Notes under the pieces: generated by a model
Databases searched by the model: none
What the model saw: the letters and a program-made list of their open reading frames with translations, nothing else
Told to the model about the DNA's origin: nothing
Made by a program: the position numbers and the translations under genes
Part shown: piece by piece, positions 36,948 through 51,940 of the stretch
Numbering within the stretch: the stretch's first letter is position 1
Layout: each line of letters begins with the position of its first letter
Assembly: GCA_035221665.1 (NCBI GenBank)
Contig: CM069134.1
Coordinates: 28,272,001 to 28,336,000 of the forward strand
DNA length: 64,000 nucleotides
From: Okamejei kenojei
Lineage: Eukaryota
Direction: 5' to 3'

Positions 36948-39900
36948 CTGATTATAAATAGCGAAAAGTTACAAACCCCGCTTATCACACAGAACTAACA
37001 TTCCATATTGGACAACAAAATTAAAAATGCTCCTTTAGACATACAGATGACTAAACTAAAACTAACAGGCCCTTTAGCCCACTGAATCCGTGCCGACCAT
37101 CGCCGTACCACTAGCACTATCCTAAACACTAGGGACAATTTACAATTTTACAATTAACCTACAAACCTGCATGTCTTTGTAATGTGGGTGGAAACTGGAG
37201 CACCCGGAGAAAACCCACGTGGGCGAATGTGCAAACTCTGTACAGACAGCACCTGTAGTCAGTATGGAACCCGAGTCTCTGGCGCTGTAAGGCAGCAACT
37301 CTACCGCTGCACCCTAAATATACTCTCCTCTTTATATACAGCACATGATTTTAACACTAATTAGTGCGCAACGATAGAGTTTGCATTCTATAGCATCGTT
37401 AACAATTGCAAGACATCGTAAAGCTGCTTCTAGCTGCAGACATATTATTTGAAAATGGCTCCAGAATGATACTGTGAGATATCAGTACACTAATGTCTAC
37501 CTCATTGGTTCATTTAAAATATGTAGTTTAACATCACTGAATAGCCAAGGGATTTTGACAACATGCTAAATACCTGAACAGTGTTGTGTACCTTTGACAC
37601 TGAATACTCCGGGATCATGTAAAACATTGGTTTCGTTGGAAAGAACGTGCGGAATAGTACTGATTTGCCTGAATCATATTCATGTAGTCCATATGTATGA
37701 AGGTATTGCAGATGCTGGTTTAAACCAAAGATAGACACAAAATGCTGGAGTAGCTCAGGCAGCATCTCTGGAAAGAAGGAATGGGTGACTTTTTGGGTCG
37801 AGACCCTTCTTCAGACTGAGTTTCTCCAGCATTTTGTGTCTATCTTTTATTTCATGTAGTCCATTCCATTCTCGACCTTCTTCACGACCTCTGTAGTACA
37901 GATAACGCAGAAATCTAGCTTATGGAATCGGCTGTTGTAGACATCAAAACATTGCTAGTTATGGACGCATTCAGCACAAAAACCTGTCCTTCGGCTCAAT
38001 TTGTCCATGCCTACCAAGACACCCCATCTAGTCCAGTTCCACTTGTCCGCATTTGGTCCTCATCTCTCTAAACCTTTCCTATTCATGCACCTGTCCAAAT
38101 GTGTTTTTGAGTAGGATAATACTACACACAGGTGTGGCGTGTATTTTGCAGCAAGACTGATTGGCAAAAGGTAAGCGAAACAAAACCCAGCACACTCCAA
38201 TTTAGATTTTGTCTTCTGTTTGAAAACAAAGTACAATTTATTCCTTCCATTGGAAACCGAATGCGTTTTTAATTGGATGCCTTTTTCCGCACCTGGCTCT
38301 CACATGACAGCAGGCGATCTCATTTCATTCAACAGACATCAAACACAGGGAATATTGTAGAGGTGGGAAGTATATCTGTTTACTATGATGTAAGGAATAG
38401 GGTTTACCATCGACAATCAGTTCCATTGCTTTCCACAGAACTGACATCTGAGTGATGGGTCTGTGTCAGTAATGTTTTGCTTTAGAATTTGGGAGAAGCC
38501 TATTGGGCAAGTGAAAATCTTTTCTCTAAGTGTATTCACTTTTGCAGAGTAGGACTTCATGATCTGAGGAATAATTGGCTGTTCATTTCCCAACATGTTG
38601 AAAATTTTGCGGCAGTCGCCTGTAGTTCCCCCCAAAAATCGCCAAAGTGGGGCAGGCCCATTATAGGGCTTGCAGCACCGGAGTCCCGGGTTCAGTCCCG
38701 ACTAGGGATGTTGGCTGTATGTTGTCTGTATGCCTCCCCGTGGCCTGCGTGGGTTTTCTCCGGGATCTTCGGTTTCTTCCCAATTTCCAAAGACGTACAG
38801 GTATGTAGGTTAATTGACTTGGTGTATGTGTAAATTGTCCCTAGTGTGTGTAGGGGATTGTCCCTAGTGTTAATGTGCGGAGATTGCTGGTCAGCATGGA
38901 TTCGCTGGGCAGAAGGGCCTGTTTCCGCGCTGTATCTCTGAAATAAACTGAACTAAAAATGCAATCTGAGCCAGGCACCATTATCACCCACATATACACT
39001 GAACCTCCCAGCTCAGAGCTGTTGGTGTCCTGGGTCCAGGGTTATACCTTGCCATATTTTCGGTCCTATACGTGAATGTAGCTTCAACAACACTCCGAAA
39101 ACAAAACACCATCATACGCATTCACTACCTAGGAGATGAAGCACTATGGCTGCAGTATGTATTAGCTACACAATAATTGATGCAAGGAACTCCAGCAACT
39201 CATCTATCTGGAGAAGGGAACAGAACTAGTGATGACAGTGAGGCATGGCCGATCTGGATTCAGTCTGACCTCCGTGCTTTCTTCCTGTGACCACATGGGT
39301 TTTCCGGGTACTCTGGTTTCTTCCCACATCCTGAAGATTTGCTGGTTGGTAGGTTAATTACTTACTGTAAACTACCTCTTGTATCCCCAGTGGAGTTTAT
39401 GGGCATTTGAGAGGGATTCATGGGGAGAGGATTAACAAGATTGCTCTGTGACCTATCATAGATTCAATGTCAAACAATGTCCTGCTGTATTATAAATATC
39501 TCTTCTAAGCCACACATCAGTGCCTAACTTGGGAGTGCATGCTTGCCTCTTCCTACGTCAAAACTTCCAACTTCTTAGAAAATGCAAGAGGCCTTGAATA
39601 TAGATGTTGCCGGAAAACCAAAAAACGGAACGACTTCAATCTAAGAGTTACATCTTTAAACAATGATTCTTGCAATTAGGAGAATTACAAGTGCCTATCT
39701 CTGCCCTCACTGTCATTCCTACATTGGCACTCAGTTTAAATTGGATGCATCCAAGCCAACAGAATGCTCACCATTTTCTTGAAGGAAGTAGGATCAGGAA
39801 ACAGGCGCTGGCCTTTCTGGCTGGGCCCACATTTAATGAATGAATTTTATATTAAAATAAATTTCACAAGTTTCCGTAAGTGCATTCTTGATATAGAGAT

Positions 39901-42879
39901 GTCCTTTAAGCCTCATTTCAAACTGTTTAGCCTGAACTAACACCTTATATAAAGAATGAGGGTGCATGATGTTCTGAATCCTATTCCATCGCACAAATAG
40001 GTGTTGTGGCACGCAAAAACATGCAACACGCCGGCATTCTGATTGTGCTTCGTTTTGCAACAAATTCCTTTTTTCTGCTGGAGAATGAACCAACTTCAGA
40101 TTTGAAGCACGAGTTTCCCAAAGTCAACTCTGACAGATATCTCCCACTTCACATATAAACACAGGAAAGAGCAAAAGGAAAAACAGTGCAAGGCACCCAT
40201 TCGTTTTTATCTGTTAACTTTTCCAGTTTTCTGCTTATGTTGCCTGCACATTCACATTCAAAAAGTGAATTGGAAAGATATCCCTGGGCTTCTCTTACAT
40301 TATTTGTCTATTTCCACATATCCCAGTCTCTCTCATGCGCTCCCCATACCTCATTTCCCCAGCTTCTAACTGCTCTTTTCTCCATTTCTGCTCTCCTCCT
40401 CTTTTTGCTCTCTACTTTTCTTGCAATGTTCCTTTTTTCATCCAGCCATTAGTTCTTCTCCTCTCTTGCTTTGCCTCATTCCATTCCTTTCCTTTCCATT
40501 CTTCAGATGTTCCCTTCTGCTCTTCTCTCTTTCCAAGCCCCCTCCTTCCATGGCTGTGAACCGGATCTCACTAAGTTTGTGACACTTTCTCATCTCGACT
40601 TTGTTCCTCCCTATTTCTTCCCAATCTTCCATTTGGCGCTCTTGCTCCTCTCACCACATTCCAACTCTCTTCTACTTCCCAAATGTTCCTTTCCCCTTCT
40701 GCATTTTCGCTTTTTAATTTTTTCTTCTCACCTTGTCCTTTCGCCCTCACCTTATCCTTCCTAACTTCTACCCCTCTTTTCTCTCGTTATGAAAGGTCTG
40801 CAATGCTATCTGAAATTTTAATTCTAGGCTTTGAAACCAAATAGAGTTTTATTTGGCTTTGAGCAGCAAAACATGGATGTTGAATCAGATCCAGGTATTT
40901 TATTTCTGTAATTGATTTTAATGATTTATTATGCAAGTTTTTAATCCTTGCCTTTTAATCCCACTACAACCTTTTACATGCCATTTATAATTGCTTCTCA
41001 GCACGAATGTCATGCAAGGTAAGATCATTAATCACAGTCAATTGGAATTAGCAAAAGCATAATATACATAATGATACCATGTACTGTAATTGGCAACATA
41101 GACTTTAATGTACATTGTTTCTTTCAAGAACCACACACTCGTGTAGAGTGAACACGTTTCATTCCAGGCGTAAGTTGACTGTTGTGGTCAACTCGCATCC
41201 GGTGAGTTTAGTTTAGTTTAGTTTAGTGATATAGCGAGGAAACAGGCCTCTTGATCAAATCTTCTTTTGATCAGCCTTTCGGGAACAAAACAGTCAGGAT
41301 GGCGAATGGTCGCTGTCATCCACTTCTTTTCATTGCACCGAAAAAAAAAAAACGTGGGAGTGCAAATAATTTAAATTTCTGTTGTCCTTTTTATCGTTTC
41401 TTTTTTTTTTCTATCGTCTACCAGCGAAACCCATACGCTAGCATTATCCTACACACTAGGGAGATTTTACAACTTAAATGGAGCCCATTAACCTACAAAC
41501 CTGTACGTCTTTGGAGTGTGGGAGGAAACTGGAGCACCTGGACAGACAAACTCAGGTACGGACAGCACCTGTCGTCAGGATTGAACCCGGGTCTCTGGCG
41601 CTGTAAAGTAGCAACTCTACCGCTGTGCCACTGAATCGGCCCAATAGAGAGAGCACAATCATTTTCATCCTTTTTGTTTTCAAATGATCCAAAGAGTCTG
41701 CCCTGAAATATTGCCTGATTGCAACATATTTCAAGTGAAATTTTCACCAAATTAAATGTAACTGCTGAGAATATTTGATGTAAAATATTTTAAGTTGATT
41801 CTTACCTGTACAGACCGATTCAATGCTGTCACAGTCTTTTATTTTTTTTTAACAAGTTTTAGTTTGGAGATTAAATATTTTACAAAATAATTATTTTCAA
41901 TATCTTTTTATTCTCCCAAAAAGAACAGTTAGTAAGTACACAGCATTTGAGCTTATTCCTTCAGAAACAGTCCATCAGTCTGAAGAAGCTTCCCAATCTG
42001 AAACATCGCCCATCCATTCCCTCCAGAGATGCTGCCTGAACCACTGAGTTACACCAGCATGTGTTTTGCACATCACATCCTGATTTGCTGCTGGATGTTC
42101 TGAGAAAGGAAGCTAATTTGCAGATTTCTCCCTACAATAATCCTTCTATCAATCATGGGCTTGAAATGTTTAATTACTCAGCTTCTTGGAGAGAGAGTAC
42201 AAGATTCGCTTATGTACAAAAACACTTTGCCTTTTGCCTCTTTCCCCAATTATAGGATTGCTCATTGTTCTGTCTTCTTCCACTCCAATCCAATCATTTC
42301 TCTGTCCCATGAAATCCCTTGTGTTGGAAGGAACTGCAGATGCTAGATTAAACCGAAGATAGACACAAAAAGCTGGAATAACTCAGCGGGTCAGGCAGCA
42401 TCTCTGGAGAAAAGGAATAGGTGAAGTTTCGGCTCAAAACCCTTCCATGAAATCCCTTCACAGTTTTAAATAGCTCAACTAGACTATGCTTGTGTGACCT
42501 GCCTGATAATTTTAACATCTTAGGACCCAGTGGACCTCATGGCTCTGATTTACACCTCTTCGTGGTCAAGCATCCTATCCACTTTCAGAGCTAGGCTATA
42601 AAGCGAATGAAGTCAAAAGAACACAAAGTGCTGGAGTAACTCAGCAGGTCAAGCAGTATCTCTGGAGTAACATGAAGTAACCTATCAATTGACCAGTCCT
42701 TTGTGTCCTTTTGTGTAATCCAGCATCAGCAGTTCGTTGTTTCTACAAGTGAATTAAATCATCCAGCTAAAGTTGGAGTTCAGGCAACTGTAATACAAAC
42801 TCCTGCAGTCTACACCCAGGCACCAAATCTTGTAAACTGCTGATAAATGATAACTGCTGATAACTATCTTATAAATGAT

Positions 42880-43315
42880 GAGCATGTGAAGGCACTGGGC
42901 CTGTACTCGCTGGAGTTTAGAAGAATAAAGGGGGACCTCATTGAAACATAGTAAAAGGCTTGGATAGAGTGGAAGTAGAGAGGATGTTTCCACTAGTGGG
43001 AGAGTCTCGGACTAGAGGTCACAGCCTCAGAATTAAAGGGTGTTCCTTTACGAAGGAGATGAGGAGGAATTTATTTTGTCATTGGGTGTTGAATCTGTGG
43101 AATTCTTTGCCACAGAAAGATGTACAGGCCAAGTCAATTGATATTGTTAAGGAAAAGATAGATAGATTCTTGATTAGTATGGGTGTCCGAGGTTATGGGG
43201 AGAACACAGGAGAATGGGGTTAGGAGGCAGAGATAGATCAGCCATGGTTGAATAGCAGAGTAGACGATGGGCCAACTGGTCTAATTCTGCTCCTATCACT
43301 TATGACCCTATGACC
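42880..43315 (+). mobile_element. CR1-type LINE 3' fragment
   Basis: ORF 42960..43223 SRTRGHSLRIKG....EMRRNLF...V.NLWNSLP. Confidence 0.85.
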
Positions 43316-44069
43316 TAAACGTCTTGGGCTCGTTCACCTTCGAATTTGGTTATTAAACATCATTCATTAACTATCGTTGCCAGTTAGTTTTTTTTTTCCT
43401 AAGTGTGTTTGCTCGAAATAAGATGCACTCATTTATACACTTTATCTATTTAATTCTGTAGTTTCTCTCATCCCTTCAAACTCCAGTTTGGCATTTTTGT
43501 TGGTGTTGTGTTTCTCATTCCAAGTTACTTCTGTAAATTGGAAGTTTGTGTTGTTCCAAAGCCACGCTCCACAGCACCTTACTCAGTATCTCTACAATAC
43601 CTTAAAACAATTCCTCCTATAAGTACTCACATTAAATCTCTGCTACACTAATACAGGTTTTAACCACGTCACTTAAGTGAATATTGTGATCAGGATCATG
43701 CCAGCCTTGTGTCTTTGTATAATATTTGAAGGGGTGTTATCACTTCAGTGGGAAACAGTGTGCTTGGCTGAGTTCCTGAGACATCTAGTTATGAACATAG
43801 CTATTATAATGGTGTTGCTGTTGGTTTTTCGGCAATTTGGTGTTGCATCAGATGTCGAGATTCCTGCATTGTGATCTTCAGCCAAGTGCTTTGTATTATT
43901 TTTCAACTTTTTTTAATGCGTGAATGAAAATGTAATTATATTCTTGAAACACCACTTTCGTCACTCTCTTTTTTTTGTTTATTTCTTCTTTGTTAATCAT
44001 TTCTGGTAAAAAAAAACCGAGAACTCAAAAGCATTTTTACCACCATTGTCTAGACAACAGAAATGCTAA

Positions 44070-44835
44070 GAGTCAAAGAGTCATAGACTCATACAGCATG
44101 GAAGCAGGCCCTTTGGCCTGACTTGACCATGCAAACCAAGATGCCCCATTTAAGCTGGTCCCATTAACCTGCATTTGGCCTATATTCCTCTAAAACTTTC
44201 CTATCCATGTACTTGTAAAAATGTCTTTCAAATGCTGTTAAAGTATCTGCCTCAAATGCCTCCTCTGGTAGCTCGTCCCATATATCCTTCACCCTCTGAG
44301 TGAAAAAGTTGACTGTCAGGTTCCTATTAAATATTACTCCTCACACCTTAAACCTATGTCCTCTAGCATTTGAATCCCCTACCCTGGGAAAAAGACTCTG
44401 TGCATTTATCCTGTTTATTCCCTTAATGATTTTATACACCTCTATATGATCACCCCTCAGCCTCCTGCGCTCCAAGGAACAAAGTCCAAGTGTGCTAACA
44501 TCTCCCTAAAGCTCAGCCCCTCCAATCTTGGCAACATCCTTGTTCGTCTTCTCTCCACTCTTTCCAGCTTAATGGTACCCTTCTATAACAGGGTAAGCAA
44601 ACCTGAACACAGTATTCCAAACAAGGCCTCATCAATGCCTTGTATAACTATGACATAATGTCCCAACTTGTATACTCAAAACCCTGACCGATGAAGTCCA
44701 ATGTACCAAAAGCCCATCTACCTGTGAAGCATTTTCAGGGAACTATCCATCTGCACCCCTGGATCCCTTTGCTCTATAACACTCCCCAGCGCCCAAACAT
44801 CCACCATGAAGCTCCTGCCGTGGTTTGACTTCCCT
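44070..44835 (-). mobile_element. CR1-type LINE 3' fragment
   Basis: Reverse complement of the CR1 ORF2 end and tail. Confidence 0.8.
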
Positions 44836-47800
44836 TCCTGCTCTAGTTTGACTTTGTAAATGTTTACTTTGCCTCTTGGCCATAAAACTAGTGCCATCAA
44901 AGTTCCTGATCCAGAAATAAAGGATATTTGCCCTTATTGAGCAGGTATGTCAATACTTGGATCATTTTACACACAACCAGAACCACAACCACTTAGCTGT
45001 TTGCTTCTGTTGCAGGTATGTTTAATTAATAATTATTTGGTATAATTCAGGTATACCCATCCTACCCAACCTTCCTTAGTAATATCAAGTGTAGGTGGCC
45101 ACCTCAGGTGCCTTGACAGTTGGTACTGGAAGAAGTCATTTTCATGCACTTGTCTCAGAGCCATTGTAATGCCTCTCAGCCTTCTGTCACACCCTTGGAA
45201 ATGGGCTTTGAAGGCAGAAAATGTGATTTCATTGTAAAAGCTAGAAAGTTGTGCAAAATATTCACGGATAAGATATAAAAAGATGACAGACTGGTTTGGT
45301 GCTTGTTATGATCAATTTCATTTCCCATGATTTTCTATTTGAAGAGTTTACTTACAAGTAATGTTTTTGCCAGTCAAAACGGGGAACTAAGTATTGCAAG
45401 CAGCAAGCAGTATATCAAGGCTGTGACACAATGACTCACAGAGACTGAAGCAGAAAATTACTAACTGCTACACAGAACCACGGGAGCCCAATACTTTGGG
45501 GATAATCCTTTTATAATGGAAGTATTCAGGCGCTTTTTATCGTTAAACACACTTGGTGCTCGTAGGTCATAGAAAGGAATGTAATAAAGTCGGCTATTGT
45601 GGTTTACTACAAAAAAAAGTTTCTAGTAAGGCATTTCAACACAGAAAGTATTTACCACTCGCTTCACCAGGATGGCAGCAGAAATTGACCACCTTGGGCA
45701 TTGCTCCATGTTTGTCTCTGTGAAAGGATGACTTCCTAACCTAGTCCATAGGTTCTGAACTGTTAATATATTCTTGCAATTTACCAGAAACAATTGCTAT
45801 AGCCTGAAAATTGTAAGCTATTTGGAGATGTAATATGGAGAGTCTGAACTTTGCTTGAGATTAATGATTTCATCATAGGCTAACCATACTCTGCTACTTC
45901 AACCCGGCTTCAGAATGTTTTGTTGAGCAGCAGTTTGAGGTGGGAGGTGAATGACGGCAAGCACAGTTCACCCATTTGTAGGACGCTTCAAACATCCAAA
46001 GCAGCAATCCTACCAGGCTCGTTGGCAAGGATAGACAATCTGTTAAAGAGTCTATGGGGTCAGGAAAAGCACATGTGTTCCATTGGAACAAAGCTTACCA
46101 GGAGAGGAGTAAGTGCAAGCACTTCTAAGTGTAAAAGAGAAACAAACCAAAATGAGAGCTGACTGTTTCTGCTGTAAATTAATCATTTGTGAAATTGGCT
46201 CGGATTTCCTCTCCTCATTTATTTAGCCTGACCTGCATTTTACCGATTTTCCTTTGTATTATCATTTTCAAACAGCACCCATTAACCCATTAACCCATTG
46301 ACTGGAGGTTCTGTAACGCTTATGCCCATGGCAACCATGGTCAAGCCCTATCATAGATATTCTCTTTGCTCTATCCATACCTTACCCCACCTTCTTTGCA
46401 TTTCCCAACTTCCCAGTCCTAATGAGGGGGTCTACCTCTTGAAATATTGACTATTTCATCTTCCACTGATGCGGTCAGACCTGCTGTGTTTTTCGACTAC
46501 TCACTGATTCTATTTTGCATCTATTCTACATTATGAATCCTCATTGTCATGATGTCACTGTAAAAGATGCACTAAACAGAAAGAGGGCTGGATATGTAGT
46601 TATTTGATAATTCCTTGTTGTGGCCATTCCTAGTGATTTAAAAGAGGATGTAAAAGCGAGGAGTGAAATCACTTTTCAGGTACAATTAATCTTATGCCTT
46701 GGAAGCCTTGTTCGGGGAGGAGGTAGAGGTTATGTGAGAGTATAGTTGAGTATGACTTGAATTACACCATAGTTGAATGTCTTTATTATCAAGCACATAC
46801 TGAAAAAGCTGGAACTCCTTTCATTCAATTAGAAAAGGTTAAAAGAAGATGTATAATGTATTTAAAATATGATAAATAAAATAAGTAAAGTAAAAGAACA
46901 ATGAAAGGAATGGTTCTTTTGAAATTTTTAATGGAGAGGGCAGGAGGGTGATCGAATTTTGTTGGATTGGAAATTATGAAAGTTGACTTTTGAAATGCCA
47001 AGTGTTTCTGGTATTAGCACCAGAAGAATAAAGGCGGAGGTTATTATGGCATGACACTTCTAACTAGAAAGAATGGTTGAAGGAGAATTCATAATAATTA
47101 GTCTTGTGCAAGTGCACGGTTTGTATATGGCAACCGTTAGATAGAGTTCTTAAAGATAGCGGAGTCAGGGGATATGGCGAGAGGGCAGGAACGGGGTACG
47201 GATGATCAGCCATGATCTTATTGAATGGTGGTGCTAGCTCAAAGGGCCGAATAGCCTATTCCTGCCCCTATTGTCTATTATCGATTGTATCTGTGCCCAA
47301 GTTCCAAGGACATTGTGAAGCAAAGATGAGAAATTAGGTGGGTCCTGAGTGGGGATTGGTGCATGGGGGAAGGAAAAATATTCTGGTAACATGAAGGTGA
47401 TGCTTACAGCTAATGAAGCAGTTTAAAACACAGTTACATTATTTTAAATGAAGCATATTAAAATCTGAGGAGTACATTTTAACAGAGATTATAATTTTAG
47501 AGAGGATTTCCAAAACTCTTAGTAGTACAGTTATTACAAACCAGAAAAATTCATCCGATGAGTTGCAGATAAATAAGTTATCCGTCACAGAAAAAAGTCT
47601 CCTGGGGAGATCTTACTTAGACCAAAGCTGAGAGTGGAGAATGATAATTATTTTCCATAACTTCCAAGCAACTCTTACTGTTTTCTAATCTATATATTGT
47701 ATTTGCCAGTCAACAGGTTAACATTAGCAATATGTGATAATTTGCAGCTATATTCCTCTTGATCAGGTCAAACAAATGGGTAAGGGTATTAGTTCGGAAT

Positions 47801-48027
47801 TTATACTGTGGTTGTGGATGAATTGCCTTGATTAGGTCCTAGTGGACAATATTGTTTCTCTTAATCAGGGCACAGTCAGTTAAGTCAATAAGTATTGTTT
47901 CTTTTGATTAAGTCAAGAAGATGGGAAAAGGGGAGTAGCTAGAAATAAACTCTTTAACAATAGTCATCTTGAACCTTGGTCAATTTCCTGTGTCATGCTA
48001 ATAAATTGAGATTAGCAATGAGCATTT

Positions 48028-48320
48028 ATCATCATCATCATCGTCGATAACATCAACGGGCATGGTGTCTTACAATGCTATGTACGACAGTGATAGCAAC
48101 TTCTACTGAAGTGTGGATGGCCGTTGGCTCACTAGGAGCTCATCCGCCCTTTGACAGGTCTTGTATTTGGTCCTACTGGGGGTCCACAGCCCCTTCCTCA
48201 CCTGGCAAACCACGTGGGGGAGATGGTTTAGTCGCCGACTATCCGACCATGGAGCAGGTAGCACGGGATTACATGGTACCCGTGGCGGCGGGAACTCCCC
48301 CCGACCTGACCAGTAACTAT
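48028..48320 (-). mobile_element. Probable RTE-related short retroposon
   Basis: CpG-rich block ending in a (GAT)n tail on the minus strand; family assignment is tentative. Confidence 0.3.
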
Positions 48321-49558
48321 CTGTCACTGAGAGTGATCCCAAGGTGATCCAATTGGAAGGGGACATGCGTAGGGTAGGCCTTTTCGGTCATAAGTATAAA
48401 GTATGGTGGTGGAGGATATCGGCTCTTTAGTGGGCAAGATCTGAAGGCTTGGAGAACAGACCCGAGCTGTTAGGAAAAATCTTGCAAATTTTACCTGCAG
48501 AAATCCATGTATTGTACTTGGAACCACAATCCTGGTTATGGAGATAATCTTTAAAGAGCTTGGAAACTGACCCCAGCTGCCTTACTATAAAGCCAACTTC
48601 TACATGAATGTCCTGCAGCAATCATAGGCCGTAATTGCATAATAAAGTTTGAACATATAAATTCAGAGTGTATGCACTTATTCATGGATATTATTGCATA
48701 TGTCTATACACATAGAGCCTGGTTACATTTATTCCTTCAGTTTTCGATTCAACGTTTTGCATAGCACACAAAAAACATTTGCATGGAGCAAAACATTTCT
48801 GAACCAGGGTCTTTTCTGAACAAATTTAAATAACATAAATCAGATAAGGTTTGCCAAAATTTGTGCGAAAGTGTACATATGCATGTGCTTATGTCTCAGT
48901 TGGAACACTTTGCTTTCTCTCTTTCAATTACCGCTATAAAATCAGAGGTGACGGAAGCTTTGATTTAACACCTTGTCTCAAAATAAATGAAAAATGCTCA
49001 TGCCATTGTACAAAGGTATTGGCCTAGATTACATAGGTTCTTTGTGGACAAACAAGTGGGAACCATTCTCAAAGAATATAATGCAATTACATATTTGGTG
49101 TTGCAATAATAACTTCAAAAGCTTTGGCTTCAGAGTCACAGCTGCTTTTTTATGTTCAGCTTGCAGGTGGCTTTGTGACATCTGTGCTTGGGGGATTGGT
49201 GGCGATTGCCCAGTGTAATTGCAGCTATAATTAAGTTTACAACCTGGTCTTTGTAGTTAATGCTTTTATGTTAAACAACTTCAAACTCCAACAAATTGGC
49301 CAACAACGGGCAGTAGCTGTGCAATTGCTGTAATCACCAAGCAACTGGCATCAAGCTTCAAAGAGACCAACAAAATGAATTGAACCATTGATGCTAATGG
49401 AGAATGGCCTCTTGCCTCATTTCCTACAGCCAGTCGGTCACCTTTTATGCTTTGGTTCACTAATGCTTTACACAATACATTTAATTTCTTGCCGGTATTA
49501 AGCTGTCGACCTACAACCGTGCGCTAAAAAAAGTGTTGTTTATGATGACGTTCTTTAC

Positions 49559-49688
49559 CTGCCCAGGTTGTTCGCAAGCTGTTTGGTACTTTGCCTGTTG
49601 ACAGACTTCTTTTACCCTTTCATACTTTGGAAGGTAATTTGTTTGTTGGGCATCACCAGTTCCATCTTCCTTCTTACGGAGCAATTTG
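49559..49688 (-). CDS. SULF1: SULF1 exon, 130 nt: [43 protein letters not shown]
   Basis: cttttccag acceptor, GTAAAG donor; [23 protein letters not shown] matches recalled SULF1. Confidence 0.96.
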
Positions 49689-49947
49689 CTGGAAAAGGGA
49701 GTAACAAAACATGTGTATGAACTTCAAGATTAAATGGAGCTTTCTAGCAGCTTACTTTAAGAGTTCACATCAGTTGCAAGACTTTTAACTTCTGCCGGTG
49801 GTAATGAAGATATAGCACATTTACTGAAAAGCCGCAATCAAGTTTCAGTGCATGATCTTAAAAGATAAAATAATTGTGAGGCCCAGAATGCAGGCCATTA
49901 CAGAATGAAGAGATCCGTCTTAGAGAGAGGATGATGACAACTTATTT

Positions 49948-51180
49948 TCATAGAGTCATAAAGCATACAGCATGAAACAGACGCTTTGGCCCAATTTACC
50001 TATGCGATCCAAGATGTCCCATCTACACTAGTCCCAACTGCCCACGTTAGGTTAATATCCCTCTAAACCATTCAATCCATGTGCCTGCCCAAATATCTTC
50101 TAAATTATGTTATAGTACCTGCCTCAACTACATCCCCTGACAGCCCGCTCCATATACGCATCACCCTTTGTGTAAAAAAGCCGCCCCTCAGTTTCCTACA
50201 AAATGTTTCCCCTTTCACCTTAAACCCATGTTCTCTGGTTCATGTTTCCCCTATTCTGGGTAAAATAATCTGCATTCGTCCTATCTATTTCCCTCGTGTG
50301 CTTATATTCCTCTCTGTATCAAGATCCCCCCTCATTTTCCTACAATCCCAAACTCTCCCTATAGCTCAGGCTCTCAAGAGCTGGCAACATCCTCGTAAAT
50401 CTTCTCTGTTCTCTGTCCAGTTTAACCCCATCCGTCCTATAGCAGGATGATCAAAACGGAACACAATACGCCAATTGTGGCCACACATATGTCTTCTACA
50501 ACTGTAACACAACATCTCATCTTTTATATTCAATATCCTGACTAATGAAGGCCATTGTACCAAAAGCCTCTTGATCATCTTATCTACCTGTGACGCCACT
50601 TTTGGGGAAATATGTACCTGCACTCCTAGATACCTTTGTTCTACAACACTCCCCAGGGTCCTGCCACTCACTGTGAATAATTTGCCCTGGTTTGACTTCC
50701 AGCACCTCCTTGACCGTAATACAGTCTGTCCTCAAGATATCGCCATTAACTGTTCCAAGTTCCCCGGTCTTCATGTCTTTCTTCATGGTTAAAACAGAGG
50801 ATAAAATACTCTTTGTGGACCTTGCCCATCTCTTGCAGTTCCACACAGAGATAACTGCTTCCGTTTCTGAGGGCCCTGTTCTCTCTCTAGTTACCCTCTT
50901 TCACTTAATGTACTTATAAAATCTCTTTCTGCCAGACCTATTTTGTGCCAACTTTTTGACCTTCTGATTTCCTTCTTAAGTATGTGCCTCAATTCCCAAA
51001 ACTCCTCTAGGGATACACGATCCCAGCTGTCTTCACCCTACCCGGAACATACATGCCCTGAACTTTTAAAGACATCCCACTTTACGGATGTTCCTTTGTC
51101 CACAAACCACCTACTCCAATCAACTTTAGCAAGTTCCTGTACAAAACCAGCAAAGTTGGCCTTGCCCCAATTCAGAACTT
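49948..51180 (-). mobile_element. Internally deleted CR1-type LINE
   Basis: ORFs 50366..50671 and 50580..50846 contain LGSVVEQRYLGVQVH...KVASQVD; CR1 tail near 49950. Confidence 0.8.
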
Positions 51181-51539
51181 TTACTTGTTTATTTAGAATA
51201 TTAACTTGTGTTAAGCTTTAGAACAGCTTCACTTTAACATGTTAATTAAATTCCTGACAAAGTTGAATTGTCAATCTAATTAATTATTGTTTTGTGTTAC
51301 ATTTGTGTTACATTTCCTGTTTTTCGACGTTGTCTCATTTACATGTCATACGTCTCAATCTGAAACGTCACCTATCCATGTTCTCCAGAGATGCTGCCTG
51401 ACCTGCTGAGTTACTCCAGCAAATCAAGAAATGGCCATCCAGTGAACTGTCTTGGTGATAGTGGGACTCTGGCTATTTATTCAAATGGAGTTGGACAGGA
51501 TAGAAAAGATCTTGTGCAATCTGACTGCTTGAGTGGTTT

Positions 51540-51940
51540 CGTTTAGTTAGTTTATTGTCACGTGTATCGATGTACAGCAAACAGATTGTGTGCTATCCAA
51601 TCAGCAGAAAGACAATACATGATTGCAAGCAAGCTGTCCGGAGTATACAGTTACAGGATCAAGGGAATAATGTTTAGTGCAAGATAAAGTCCAGTAAAGA
51701 CCAATTAAAGACAGTCCGAGGGTCTCCAATGAGGTTGATGTAGGTCAGGACCGCTCTCTAGTTGGCGATGGAATGGCTCCATTGTCTGATAACAGCTGGG
51801 AAGAAACCGTCCCTGAACCTGGAGGTGTGCATTTTCAAACTTCTGTACCTCTTGCCTGATGGGAGAGGGGTGAAGAGAGCGTGTCCGGGTGAGACTTGAT
51901 TATGCTGGTGTTCTTACTGAGCCAGCATGAAGTGTAAATG
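51540..51940 (-). mobile_element. Rex1/L2-like LINE 3' fragment
   Basis: Minus-strand LPSGKRYRSL...TSRFRDGFFPAVIR; similar tail on + at 57340-57515. Confidence 0.7.
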